From: Octopus vulgaris
Lineage: Eukaryota
Length of the DNA stretch: 64,000 bases
NCBI GenBank assembly: GCA_951406725.2
Contig: OX597832.1
Span: 15,376,001-15,440,000 of the forward strand
Direction of reading: 5' to 3'
Part shown: positions 40,995 to 54,837 of the stretch, piece after piece
Layout of the letters: each line of letters starts with the position of its first letter
How positions within the stretch are numbered: position 1 is the stretch's first letter
Made by a program: the position numbers and the translations under genes
Notes under the pieces: model-generated
The model's input: the letters and a program-made list of their open reading frames with translations, nothing else
What the model was told of the DNA's origin: nothing
Database searches by the model: none

Positions 40995-41112
40995 TTAATG
41001 CAAATTGTGACATATTTATCAAAAATCCAAGTGCATTTTAATGCAAATTATGACATATTTACTAAAATTCCAGTGCATTTTAATGCAAATTGAAATGTAT
41101 ATGAATGCAAAT
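40995..41112. repeat. About 42-43-bp tandem repeat with four ATGCAAAT motifs
   Basis: ATGCAAAT at 40998, 41041, 41083, 41105. Confidence 0.8.
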
Positions 41113-41759
41113 TTCAATGCATTTCCGATATATTCCTCAAGCATAATCGTTATATTCCACGGTATATCTTCTATACTGCATTCTCTGTTTCACTGGTGGC
41201 ACGAAGGTGCGAATTGGCAAGCAAGAATCAATGCAGTAATTTATGGGATATATTTCAGCATAAAGATTGAAATAATTCCTAACGATGAATGATACAAGCG
41301 TAGGTTAAGAAACAGAAAACTTTATGTTTTTTTACAGCATTTTTCATATTAAATTTACAATGCTGTACATAAATAAATGAGTGAAAGGATGATTTCGTGT
41401 TGGAAAACTTGCCCATTGCCCTCATGGTAACAATCGCCATGTGGTACATAAATCGTGTGCCGAAGATAAGCGTTATATAGGTACGGACTAGTTTGATTAT
41501 GATGAAAATGTCAATGTAAATCATGACGAAGATAAACTTGAATGAAGATAAAATTGTTGGCGATGTGATGCTGCTGTTTCTGATGAGGATCATCATCATG
41601 ACGACGGGATCAATCATGGTAGTGATGGTGGTGGTGGTTGTGGTGGGTATGTTAATTTTTATTTACCATGTTGATACAACTGGTGGTGACGATAGCTTGC
41701 TAATGACGATGTGATGCCCCTGATCTCCGTCGATAAAGACAGATGAACTAATAATTGAG

Positions 41760-41834
41760 GAAGGTCGTGATGGTGATGACAATGATGATGATGATGATGA
41801 TGAGGATGATGACGATGAAGATGATGATGATGAC

Positions 41835-41868
<34 letters not shown>

Positions 41869-42150
41869 GTGGTGATGATGATGATGATGATGAATGAGAT
41901 GCTGGTGGTGTTTGTAGTGGTGTGTTGATAAATATAGCAAAGACGAAAAGGGTTATTATCGTCGATTTATGATATCGTCAGTTTCTGCTACATCTTCTGA
42001 TGGAAATGGTGATTATGATTATGATAATGAAGTGGAGTAAAAAGAATGGGAGGTTGGTGATGTTCGTTATCATCCTGAAGGTGATGATGCCGATGTTGAT
42101 GTTCAAAATGCTGCGGCTACTGGTGCTAGTGACGACAACTACGAAGGTGG

Positions 42151-42185
<35 letters not shown>

Positions 42186-42440
42186 ATGATGAGGATGATG
42201 ATGATGATGTTAATGATGATGATGATGACCACGTCGACGACGACGATGATGATGATGAGGAGGAAGATGATGATGATGATGATGACGACGACGACGACGA
42301 CGATGATGATGATGATGATGAAGATGATGGAGATGTTGAAGATGATGACCACAACGATGACGATGAAAACGACGGCGACTACGACGATGATGATGAAGAT
42401 GATAATGATTATGATGAAAATGGTGAAGGTGATGATAAAT
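41760..42440. repeat. (GAT)/(GAC)/(GGT)n degenerate microsatellite field
   Basis: Direct read. Confidence 0.9.
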
Positions 42441-42712
42441 ATATATTTCTGGCAGATCTGGAGAAGATGGTCGTTCGGTGTATGGACGGCATTACTGATT
42501 TCATTGACGTGAAAGCGGACTTTTTTTAAAAGCTCCTTTTTATTTTGTCAGGAATTGAGAGGACTAAAAATAATACCTTAAGTACAATCGTTTGTTTACG
42601 TGAAATTTTTAATCACGAACATACATACACGCATACACATAGGCACACACGGATATATATGACGTACATATATGTGTAAAAGTGTATATATGTATACATA
42701 TATTTGTGTGTG

Positions 42713-42758
<46 letters not shown>

Positions 42759-42816
42759 ATATGTATATATGTATATATATATACATATGTATATATATAT
42801 ATATATATATACATAT

Positions 42817-42851
<35 letters not shown>

Positions 42852-43175
42852 CTAATTGTACCACGTCTTCACGTTTTTGTTTTTTCTTCTTTGTACTTTC
42901 TTTGGATTTACTGTATACATATATGTGTGTGTGTGTTTGTGTGTGTGTATGTGTGTGTGTATGTATAGGCAAGACTGCGTGTACCGTCAATACATGAATT
43001 AATTTTACACTATACATTTATCATGTGTATTATTTGTGTTTACTAAAGAGATTATACGACTTGTTTTCTGAAAATTTTGTCTGCGTGTTCAAGTATATAA
43101 TCTCCTATATGAACAAAATTTATGAAAAAAATACTAGTATTTACATTATGTTTATATATGTGTGTATATATATGC

Positions 43176-43307
<132 letters not shown>

Positions 43308-43749
43308 TGTCCTACCATGTATTTGTTTTGTTTCTTTCCTTTGAAATATATTTATTGAAAAAATCTTCCTGTTTCTTTTTTCTTTTTGGCTTTTCAAATA
43401 ATTCTTTTTTCATTATACATTTTAATTCTTATCGTCCTCTAACTCGTATTCTATTTTCTCTCACTTTTACCTGTTTACTGTTCTCTTGTATTCCACTTGA
43501 TATATTTCAACTAATGTCCTTGTCATTGGTTAAATGTATTCTCAATATTAATATAATATTTCGAGACATATTAATAGATATTATTGTCCTAGACATAATC
43601 AGCATCTCCGATATCGTCATCTGCATCGTCATCGTCATCGTCATCTTCATTGTTGATAGGTTTTACCCAGTTAATAACATTATATTTTGTACTAAAAATA
43701 TTTCGACTACTGCAACCGTTAATACTCCTACGGCGGACTGTATTAAATG

Positions 43750-43812
43750 TATTATTACTATTGTTATTATTATTATTATTATTATTATAATTATTTTATT
43801 ATTATAATTATA

Positions 43813-43905
<93 letters not shown>

Positions 43906-43926
43906 ATTATTATTATTATTATTATT
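43750..43926. repeat. (ATT)n, tail/target of the Dong-like element
   Basis: Direct read. Confidence 0.95.
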
Positions 43927-46589
43927 CAGTAGTTTTATTTTTATTTTTATAGCGTGCTTTCACTTCACTACCGAGCGCAGCTCTGTGTGCCTTGGGTATG
44001 TGCTGTGATTTGTTGTGATGCTCTGATGGTTATTGTATGGAGAGTGTTCTGCGTAGGATGTGGGCAGTGCCTAGTAGTGCAATTTTCTGTATGTTATATG
44101 TGTTTGTAAGTCCTGGTGTTTTTGTTATGTATTTGTCTGAATATTTTTTTATCATGCCTAATGCACCTACTATGATAGGAATTGTTTCTGTTTTCAGATT
44201 CCACATTCTAGTTACCTCTATTTCCAGGTCTTTGTATTTTGAGAGTTTCTCCATTTCTTTTAGAGACACGTTGTCATCTGCCGGTATTGATACATCAATT
44301 AAAAAGCATTTTTTTCTTCATGATCTCTGACAACTATATCTGGTCTGTTGGCCTTAATTTCTCTATCTGTGTGTATCGGCATATCCCAGAGTATGGTTGC
44401 TTTCTCGTTTTCTGTGACCTTTTCTGGTGTGTGCCTATACCATCTTTTTTCTGTTGTTATTCCATAATGTTGGCATAGCTTCCAATGTATGTAGGTTCCA
44501 ACTCTGTCAAGTCTGTGAATATATTCCTTCTTAGCCAGGACTGGGCAGCTAGAGATAATATGATTTATTGTTTCTTGTCCATCTCCACATATTCTGCAGT
44601 TACTTGTAATATTTCTTTTCATTACATGTTTTTGGTAATTTCTGGTGGGGAGGCTTTGGTCTTGTGCTGCAATTAAAAATCCCTCTGTTTCTGCTTTGAG
44701 TCCTGAGCTTCTCAACCATTGCTGCGATTTTTCTTTATCTATTTCTTTTGCGTTTAGTTTAGTGCAGTATTTACCATGAAGGGGCTTTTCTTGCCATCGT
44801 TTTATCATGGTTCGTTGCTGTTCTGTTTTTAGTTTGGATTTCATTTGTTTTATAGCTTTTGTTGTTTCTTCATCTTCTTCTTCTTCTTCTTCTTCATGTT
44901 TATTAGGTGGTATGATTTCTTGTTTGTATTTGTCAGCTTCCTTAAATACTGAGAACAGTTTTTTGTTTTGCTCGTGTTTTGCCGCTATCTGGATCAGTTT
45001 TCCTTCCTTCTGAAGTAGATATTTTTGCAGTCCTATGGTGGTTATTTTATAGTAGTTTTCCAGCTGTATAAGGCCTCTACCACCTTCTATACGTTGTATA
45101 TATAGTCTTTCTATGTCAGATTTTGGGTGATGCATCCTAGATCCTGTCATTATTTTTCTTGTTTTCCTATCTATTTTGGCCAGTTCATTTCGTGTCCAGT
45201 TAAGGATATTGTAGCTGTAACTTATAACTGGGACAGCTAAAGTGCTGATACCTATTATCTTGTTTTTAGCATTGAGCTCTGTGTTTAGTATTGATCTAAC
45301 TCGTCTATAATATTCTTTTTTTATTTTCTCTTTCATTTGTGTGTGTTGTGTCTTATCTAGTTCATGGATTCCTAAGTATTTGTAAGTTTGGCTTTGGTCT
45401 AATTCTTTTATTTCATTGGTTTTATCTAGTGTGATGTTGTTACTCTTAACTAGTTTTCCTCTTTTCATGGTTACTTTGGCGCATTTTTCTAATCCAAATT
45501 TCATATCTATTTCTTTGGTAAATCCATGAACTGTCTTTAATAGTGTTTCCAGCTGTTTGTCATTTGCAGCGTATAGTTTTAGGTCATCCATATATAAAAG
45601 GTGGCTGATCGTTTTGCCGTAACATTTATATCCGCATCCAGTTCTATTTAGCATATCAGATAGAGGTGACAGTGCCAAGCAGAAAAGGAGTGGAGAGAGC
45701 GTGTCTCCCTGGAATATTCCTCTTCTAATGGGGATGTCTTTGGTTTTCATGAGTCCCTCTTTTGTTTGGAGGTGTAGGACTGTTTGCCATTTATTCATAG
45801 AGTGCTCTATGAATTTTATGATTGTTGGTGCTACTTTGTTAATGGCTAGTGTTTCGAGGATCCATGTGTGGGGGGTGCTATCAAACGCCTTTTTGTAGTC
45901 AATCCAGGCCATACTGAGGCCTTTCTTCTTTCTGTGCCTGTCTTCAGTTATGGCTTTATTAATCATTAGTTGATCTTTACAGCCATATGAGCCTTTGCGG
46001 CATCCTTTCTGCTCTTCTGGGAACAGTTTGTTTTCGTCCAGGTGCTTGTTCAGCCTTTGTGATATCACTGCAGTAAATGCCTTGAACATAGTAGGGAGGC
46101 AGGTTATTGGTCTGTAGTTTTCTGGTTTTTCTGTTTCATTTGATTTGGGAATTAAGATGGTTTTCCCCTTCGTGAGCCATTCAGGCATTGTCTCTGGCTC
46201 TGCTAGTACGTTGTTAAAGTTTTCAGCCAGCTTTTTGTGCATTCCTGTTAGATATTTCAACCAGAAGTTGGGGGATCTTGTCATGCCCAGGTGCCTTCCA
46301 GTTGCTTAGTCTTTGCAGTGCCTGGGTGACCTCTTCAGTTGTTATGGGGGTCCAAAGTTGTTCAGATGCCGAGTTTGTAATTTTGATACTCCTTTTTTTT
46401 GGTGGTTCGTTCGCCGACCATATCTCTCTCCAGAATTCTTCCAATTCTTCTGCCGTTGGTGCTGCAGTGACTTCTATTTTATTTTTGCCCAGTTCTTGGT
46501 AGAACTTTTTGGGGTTGGAGCTGAACTTTTTGTTTTCTTCAAAGAAGCGTTGGCGTTTCTTGTACCGGCGGATCCTTTGTGCTTTGTGC

Positions 46590-46592
<3 letters not shown>
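43927..46592 (-). mobile_element. R4/Dong-clade non-LTR retrotransposon, 5'-truncated, in (TAA)n
   Basis: RT, CCHC and RLE motifs; about 100-bp 3' UTR; (TAA)n on both sides, the known target of Dong elements. Confidence 0.93.
44030..46590 (-). pseudogene. RT-CCHC-RLE polyprotein, split by two 1-bp frameshifts
   Basis: KAPGHDKIP|NFW; NYRPITCL; WIDYKKAFDS; RGIFQGDTLSPLLF; HLLYMDDLK; YKYLG; CRICGDGQETINHIISSC; PDIVV..|..IDVSIP..EKLSKYKDL. Shifts at a G5 run (about 46270) and a T7 run (about 44310). Confidence 0.92.
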
Positions 46593-46671
<79 letters not shown>

Positions 46672-46700
46672 GTTGTTGTTGTTGTTATCATTATGATTAT
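46593..46700. repeat. (ATT)n/(GTT)n microsatellite
   Basis: Direct read. Confidence 0.95.
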
Positions 46701-48400
46701 TCATTTGTAATACTGGGTAGGTATAAATGCACCGTAATTTTTGTTCATCTTTCAAGATGCAAGTACGATCAAACGGAGATAATACTTTTGTTAAGATGTG
46801 CGCTGTGCCCAATAAGGCTACGTTTTGCAAGGCATCGATCTTGCATGAAATTTCCTGTTGCCTTATTAAGTTTTGAAATTTCAACCTCTTTACTCACAAT
46901 ATTCATGTTATTTTGCATGGCTACATCAATGATCTATCAGTATTTTTCTATTTGATTTAATTTGATAACATCCGGAGAACGGTGTTCGATTTAACGTTTC
47001 GTCTGAAAATCATAGTCCCCAGAATATCGGAACTTATCCATCCTCTTGCATAACTTTACTTTGTACATGCTCACACCAGTTCTCTGTTACTTCATATTGG
47101 TATTGACGGCATAAGAGCCAATGGAGATACACACAAACTTCATCGTGGCATCGCTTGTATTGTCTTTATGCAAGTTTCTCATATACACTTACCAAGTGAG
47201 TCATATTTACCACACTCTTTCCACGGAGTCTGCATTTCTGGTTGTCAGAAGATTTATAGTTGTTATACTTCAGGGACTTAAGAGAAAGAACCGTTTATTG
47301 TGCAGCAATGATCAAGCGTTAGGTGCTACACTTCAAATCAATAGCACAAGCCAAGTCCACGTCGCTGTATTATGCCGTGTATATCTCTCAAACAGTTCAT
47401 TCTCTTTTCATTTCGATTCTCCTCAGCTCTTTCCATTAAACGTTTCCTTGCCAATCATTTCATCTGCATTTATATCCTTAGCTTGCGCAGCATAGTGCAG
47501 GAAGACTTCATCAATATTTCCCAAATACTCAGCAAACGTTCTCCATTCGCTTCTTATATAATGGTTCGTTCTAATTAGTCTTCTGCTACCATTCTTTCTT
47601 TTCATATATGGTATGTTTAAGTTTGCTTTTGGGTGTAGTGTGCCATGCAGCGTCATCAACAGTATTGTCCTTCTATCCTGTGTTGATATTTCCACTTTAG
47701 TCCATTTGAGGATAGACGTACTCAATCTGCCCATATTGTCATTCAAATATCTACCCAGATATTCATTGCGGTAAACAAATTTTAGGCATTTAGGTTGGAT
47801 TTCAATATTATCTCCACCCTTTTTTGATACACATCGTTGACCTTCACTTTCATTTCATTGTGTAGAAAGCCATCCAGTTCAAAATACAAAAATATCTATA
47901 CGCACCACTGTCGGGTTCTCTCATGGTTTCTCCTAATGGTAAGTGGAATCCTTAGCAGGCTGATTTATTCCCTACTTTCATATTAAGTACTGAGCATTTG
48001 GTAATCTCAAATTCTATACCGATGTCTCTACCACACTTGAGGGCAGTTTTCGTTAAGTAATGTATCTGTTTTCAGATATATGCTGTTTTCAGATTTCCCA
48101 TACATTTTCAGATCATCCATAAATAGAAGATGGTACAATGATAGGCCTTACTTCTCCACCCGTAACCCAGCTTAACGTTACTAACTGTCGTTGTTTTGGA
48201 TATTAATGAATTTGCAAATAGTACCAGAGAAAACAAGTCAACTTGGAAGATATCCATTTTAATAGTAACTTCTCTAAGTTATATCTGTATATTTTGCTTT
48301 TTCACCCTCAAACTTTTTGAAATACTTTGGCTTACGAGCGTATGCTCATAGTAGGCACACTTACATGGGCCAATCATGTCGTATTCATCAATCTTTCAAC
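46701..48400 (-). mobile_element. Older decayed R4/Dong-like element
   Basis: Minus strand: HLLFMDDLKM (about 48105-48135); ILKWTKVEISTQDRRT..LHPKANL..KRKNGSRRLI; LQNVALLGTAHILTKVLS. Confidence 0.85.
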
Positions 48401-48909
48401 AAAAAACTTTTGGACAATGCACTTCTGTATCTATTAATGGTTGCCTTTAGAAATGGAACTTGAAAAGTCAAAGAAGGGTCAGCCGGCAAAGAAGTTATCT
48501 GTCTTCGTGCCTTTCAAATTCGCCGAAAATTCTACATATGTCGCTATCGTCACCTGATAAAACAAAACAGCCTTCCCTTCCTGACTAAAACAACGAGGCA
48601 GGTCGAACCTGAAAGTGGACTCGGCTGATAACAGGATCCTTTCAGCATGCGTTAACAGCTGTTAAACAAAGTTGCACATATCAGCAATTCCTTGACGGTG
48701 GACGAGTGCATGTGAAAAAATTTTCCGTCGCATTGCGCATATTTCGGAGAGTGAGACGCAAAAAAAAACTGGACCGTCCGAATTTATGCAGATTTTTGTT
48801 TTTCACAAACGTTTTCCAATGCGATAAACAATAAACAACTTTGTATGTACACACAAATTGAGATATTAGACTCATGAGAGAGAAAATAAACGTGCATCAA
48901 ATACGAATA

Positions 48910-49225
<316 letters not shown>

Positions 49226-49694
49226 GAATCTATGTAATTCATTGTTATTGATTCTTTTGCTGTTATCAATTTTTTGGTCTGTAATATCTGTGACAGTGAT
49301 GGATAGGATATTAAATAAGTCAGACAGTCTCTTAATAAATGGATCTTGCATGAAGTTTTTTGACAAGATCATTTCTACTAGGAAATTAGTGCGTCTCAAT
49401 ATTATGAAATCCGTTTACGTTGAATGCTTCTTTGTCTGAGTACCTAAACACTAACATAATTCAAATATTAATTATTGCCGCATCGATGCTTGTTTCGAAA
49501 CGGAGAACTTATATGTATATATGAGTAAACTGTGAAATACATCACTACTGAGACATTTATAAATATACATACATACATAAATTGAGATGTACATATATAG
49601 TTATCGTCATCATCACCATCATCGATATTCATATATTCATATGCAAGCATACATACTTATATGGACGTATAAATATATAGGTATCACTAGTATT

Positions 49695-49965
49695 TATCAC
49701 CGGTTTCGTTGGAACTTCTGGACATCTACATGCGTAGCAAGCTCGCTGCCTGCAGCCTACGGTACCAGGCTTTCCAATCATTTCAGCTACCTAATAATTC
49801 CCAGTTTATTCTGGCCGTGTCATGGATTCAAAAGTTTTGTAACAAATCTACTGCGCACTCTATTCCAATATCATGCACATTCCCCTTGATGCCTTTTGAT
49901 ACTGTTTCCCAGGTGTCTACACAAATTGGCACAATCTTCAAGTTCTTCATTTTCCTTGGCCGGGT
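49695..49965 (-). mobile_element. 3' fragment of a third R4/Dong-like family
   Basis: MKNLKIVPICVDTWETVSKG..DLLQN..TARI (vs IVPIVVGALG..LLQK..LGTARI) plus a UTR; 5' end abuts (ATT)n. Confidence 0.65.
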
Positions 49966-49970
49966 TATTA

Positions 49971-50039
<69 letters not shown>

Positions 50040-50046
50040 GTCTTAC

Positions 50047-50124
<78 letters not shown>

Positions 50125-50152
50125 CATCATCATCATTAGTAGTATTATTATT
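49966..50152. repeat. (ATT)n microsatellite
   Basis: Direct read. Confidence 0.95.
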
Positions 50153-50222
50153 CAGGTCACTGCCTTGAATTGAACTCGGAATGTTTGGGTTTGTAGTCCA
50201 CGCTCTTAACCACTATGCCCGT
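50153..50222 (-). mobile_element. tRNA-like short element followed by (TAA)n
   Basis: Reverse complement gggcaTAGTGGttaagagcgtggactacaaacccaaacattccGAGTTCAATTCaaggcagtgacctg; A- and B-box-like motifs. Confidence 0.6.
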
Positions 50223-52193
50223 GGACATACGCCGTAGTAGTTTTTTTTTAAACTTTAAGTAAATTCGTGGGAAACATCTCAAAATTTTCAATAAGTTTTA
50301 CCATAGGCCAAAAAAGAATGCCACTAAAATTAGACATCACCATTTTAATTTGATACTGAAAAAACTTTGAAGGATATAATGAAATTGCCTCAAAACTTGA
50401 AGCAAAAATTATAAACTTTTATAGAACAAATCACAATACCGAGACAGAGAGGAGAAAATAGAGACGAGCTTTACAAAAATATAGATTTTTTTATATGGAA
50501 ATGAAAACACACATTTTTAAAGCGGCCTATGAACAACAAAAAATGTAACTAATACAAGTAGTTAGTTACATGAAATTCGTATTAGACAGATAAAAAACTT
50601 ATTGTAGAAATTTAGGTTTATTTTCTGCTAGGAGACTTTAACACTAATATCATATAAATATTCAAGTCATTTAAGGCAGAAGGTTAATTTGATTTAGGTT
50701 AATAGATTTAATAATTTGATTTAGGTCAATAGATTATCTTATATGTCGTAAGTTATTAAGGAGAACGTATAAGACCTGCCACGAAATATTCAGATTAACA
50801 TCACAGCAAATTTTAGTCACAAGAAAGTGTTAAAAAGACCTTAGTAGCCAAAGCGTGTGAGGAACCAACTTATAAAATAAGAAAAAAAGGAAGTTATAAA
50901 CGTCAAATATTTGGCAATATTTTGATAAAGAGAAGGAGAAGCATTTGAACTGAAATCTCTCCAAAGTGGAGAAAAATTGCTGCCTATTTTGTAAAGCAAG
51001 AAAGAGAATCTGCAATGTGACTCGTTTCCGACAGCATTTGCCTGAAGAAAAAGTAAGTAAAAATGAAATACACACGGTACATTGTAACTCACACAAATCC
51101 ACAGTAATTGAAATTATGTCGGGAATATATCAAAGCAGATCCTAAAATATATATAACAAATCATCAAATCGGTAACTCGTTCGTTTCTCAATGAAGAAAT
51201 TAACTGGATGTCATAATTACTTTACGATTATATTACAGATTTACTCCAAAGTAAATACCAAATACAAAATGGAGTCTCGAAGTACGAACTGACAGGGTGA
51301 AACGAAACAATGGAGGGACTCAAAGTAACATTTATAATAACCTTTACTTCAGACTATGTCTTCAAAAAATCGTATAAAATTTGTAGAAAATAAAAAAGTG
51401 ATAAAATGTAATGCAAATTAAAATCTACCAAAGAAAATAATAAACACACAACAAGTTATTCAATGTAAAAATGCCTACTAAAACTTTACGACTTACTTCA
51501 ATAGAAAATAGTTATTCACAAGAGCAGTGCCATAAAAATTACAACTTTATTTTTGTATGAAGCATAATTAGGTAAAACGAAACCTTTCAATATTCCTTTG
51601 AGTGGAATTTATATTATGCAAATTTATATTAATGCAAACAAAAGAGCCAAACCATAATTCAAACTAATATTACAGACTAGGATAACCGAAATATAATCGT
51701 TAAAATATATAAGGAATTAACAACCAAAGAAAGCGATAAGGCAATGCAATATATTTGATAATTACAGAGTAGCACAAACATATTTTCTTATCTACATTAG
51801 AAGATAAAGCACACGACAATAAAATTTCAAATCGACAGTGAAGTGTAACGAATATGAAATCGTGCATTATTCATAAGCCTATACACAAGACGACTCCTTA
51901 AAAGATTATGTTTATATATTATGCAATAATATATTGATATACAAGTATACGTTATATATTATGCAATAAGCTATTAATATACAAATATACGTTCATTACG
52001 TAGAGAAAAAGGCTATAGCAAGCTTGGCTGATCACAATATAATTAATGAATTCACATAGCTAACACGGTCAATGACAACATAGCAGTCATTCACATCTAA
52101 TTCTGCCTGTAGCAAAGAACCGGAATTTATGATATGGTAAATGCTCAAACAGTGAATGCTAATACTGCTGCTGCTGTCGCCACTACTAATTCT

Positions 52194-52196
<3 letters not shown>

Positions 52197-52270
<74 letters not shown>
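52197..52270. repeat. (AAT)n microsatellite
   Basis: Direct read. Confidence 0.95.
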
Positions 52271-52272
<2 letters not shown>

Positions 52273-52481
52273 CTGTTGACAATATGCTGGGAGGAACAGT
52301 ACAGAACGGTACATTATATCCACCACTAACACATCTTTCTCACAGCAAATATTTAAGGAAATTATCATTTTGAAGTCCTCTTATGTCAATAAATATTACA
52401 GGTTCTTTAAATACATGTGCGAATGTCGCACGCTCATATAGACAAAGAAATATTCGCTACCGAGCACTCTCACAATGCGTA

Positions 52482-53300
52482 TGCGAGTCTGAACAATAAT
52501 TATCCGGACTAGTACAATAAAAGTAAAACTACAACAGCTAATAACTGGGTATTTAATCTCCTTCAGAGTTATCCGCATCGGAAGCCACACATATGGTGAA
52601 ACTGTTGCCATCGATGCAAGCATTCCTAGAACTCATGTAGTGGTATAATCAGCCATTTTCTTCATCGCATTCATTTTGTTTTCCTCGATGTCCTGGAATC
52701 TTCTCCCATTCAATTGGGATTTTGGTTTTGGAACGCAAGAGGATTTGCTAGGGAATGTTGTCCCTAGCAAAAACCCGCTTCACATATATTGACATGGTGC
52801 AATTGCCATTCACCGAAAGCATGGAATTGTGGTATTTTCCGATGAATAGCATCCTGAAAACGCCTCAAAATGCCACGGTGGTATGCCTTGCTTACTTTCT
52901 GACTAGGTGGGGCACACTCAGGAAGAACAAGCAATTTGTAGTCGAAGAAAACATTCAAAAGTGTATTCACCTTGCTTCAAATAATTGGTGATTACTTTGG
53001 TCTTGAAGAGGTTATGATTTTTCTCATTTCTGCTGGTTGCGGGTTTCCCAGAACCTTCGTCAGTATCGACATATTTCGCCATATTGGAAACGTCTGAAAC
53101 ACTCATACAATTGTGTGTGTTTCATACAGTGGTATCCATACACTCTCGGCAAAATCGCGTAGGTCTCTCTGGCCAAAATTCCATGCAAATTATCTGGTGA
53201 ACCATGTCTGCCATAGTCAATGCGATGATCATACGCTACAGGGAAGTTAAATCATGCACAGCTGAGTTTTAATCCAACCTGTTCCAAGCGGTCTCAATCA
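52482..53300 (-). mobile_element. Decayed, internally deleted mariner
   Basis: DTDEGSGKPATSRNE; SKVNTLLNVFFDYK..PPSQKVSKAY..LRRFQDAIHRKIP..WQLHHVN; GRRFQDIEE..EGD*. Confidence 0.85.
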
Positions 53301-54217
53301 GCGAGCTTTATCGTCGTTCCTATGGCAATAGTCTTGATCTTTATATATCTATATATCTCTTTAATAAAAGTTTTGGGGAATAAAAAATTATGTAGTGAAT
53401 TCACTAGCTTACATGTCTTTCCCTTATCAGATGCAAGGCTAGGTGATTGCTTGCACAGCACCCTACAACTCTATCTAATATCCACTACATTATGACGTAT
53501 GACCATCAACCAACCACACTGTTTTTATACCGGAAAACGAATACTGGATGACAATATTAATTAAGGGATATATCATTAACATCTATAATTTTTGGATAAA
53601 AGGAAGTGTTTAGACAGGCGATTTAGCAAGTGTCAAACTCCAGCCAGATGCAAGATCATTGGGAACCAGATCTGAAAATTTAAATGGCCTTTTTCATCAT
53701 TTATCTTCTTGTCAAAAGCTTGATCATGATATTAATTTTCATCTTACTATTATAAAAACATTCTTACCTGATCTGAATATTTTTATGTAAAATATTTCTT
53801 TATTCATCACAGGGAATACACATATGTTATATCGTTCTCAAAGACTGTATTGTTTGGTCAGGATATAATCATGTACATTCATGTTTACTTCTTATCAGTA
53901 TTAAAAAATATTACGCTATCTAAATGATATTTACGTAAACTTCGTGTGCATTTCTACTGCCGTGTGGTGCGTATATCCTTTGCAGTGCTTCTCTCCTGTT
54001 CGTCGATTTTTGCGATGGTAGGAACGAAATTCTGCTTTCTGCTGGAGAAAGTGGCGGCAGAACCAGTTGTCATGCTTCTAACATCTTACAAGGACGCTGC
54101 CATGAACACAACCCAAGTTTAGGAGTAAGACCAACGTCCACAATTTACTTATGTTTACTTGACTATTTCAGAGTTTTATGCTAAAATACGATGTAGATAG
54201 AGTTAATAAAGAATAAA

Positions 54218-54835
54218 ATACCTAAAACTAGGAAGATGAATGAGTGTGAGCGAGGTCAAACCGTAACTCATCAAGAAGATAGAATGTCTCAAAGGAAAAT
54301 TTCTCAGAAGATGAAATCTTCACGATGTGCGGTGCAAACGAGTCTCAAGGGTTTCAGAGAGACAACAGCTATATGGAGAATCCTCAGAAAACCTAGAAGA
54401 AAGCTTACATCACCTCGTGATAACAGATCAATCCCAAGTTAGTCGCTCATAAACAGGCGAAAAACACCACATGATCTCTGTGTGAACATTAACGATGCAA
54501 TTAAGTGAGAAAATCAACCACAACAGTTAGACGAAGGCTTCTAGAGTAAGGTCTGAAAGGCTGAAAGACTAGGAAGAAGCCATGGGTTTCTGAATCGAAT
54601 ATTGAAAAACGTCTTCATTAGGCTAAAAACCACTCAAAATGGACCAGTGAGCAATGGCCGAAATTAATTTTGTCGGATGAAAGTAAAAATGAGGTAACAT
54701 AAGTCACATGTATTCAATCAACATATTAACTTAATATAACTGGTTTGTTTCCCAAAATATATGAACATGTATCAAACATAAAGCTAATATTAGTTTCCAT
54801 ATTTTTAGTTGGATTTTCGGTACACCTGGCGCAAC
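54218..54835 (+). mobile_element. Decayed Tc1-like transposase N-terminal part
   Basis: PKTRKMNECERGQ..MSQRKIS..RCAVQ..TTVRRRL..RKKP..KRL..AKNHSKWTSEQWPKLILSDESK. Confidence 0.85.
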
Positions 54836-54837
54836 TG

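Noticed and set aside
42000-42512. 170-aa Met-rich ORF, and His-rich ORFs at 36.2-36.7 and 41.7-41.9 kb
   Set aside because: Products of (GAT)/(CAT)n tracts with no domain or splice evidence.
50153-50222. Functional tRNA gene (also the SINE heads at 27.8, 38.0 and 59.4 kb)
   Set aside because: Acceptor and anticodon stems do not pair properly.
51910-51993. About 41-bp two-copy tandem duplication
   Set aside because: Real, but ordinary AT-rich slippage with no functional signal.
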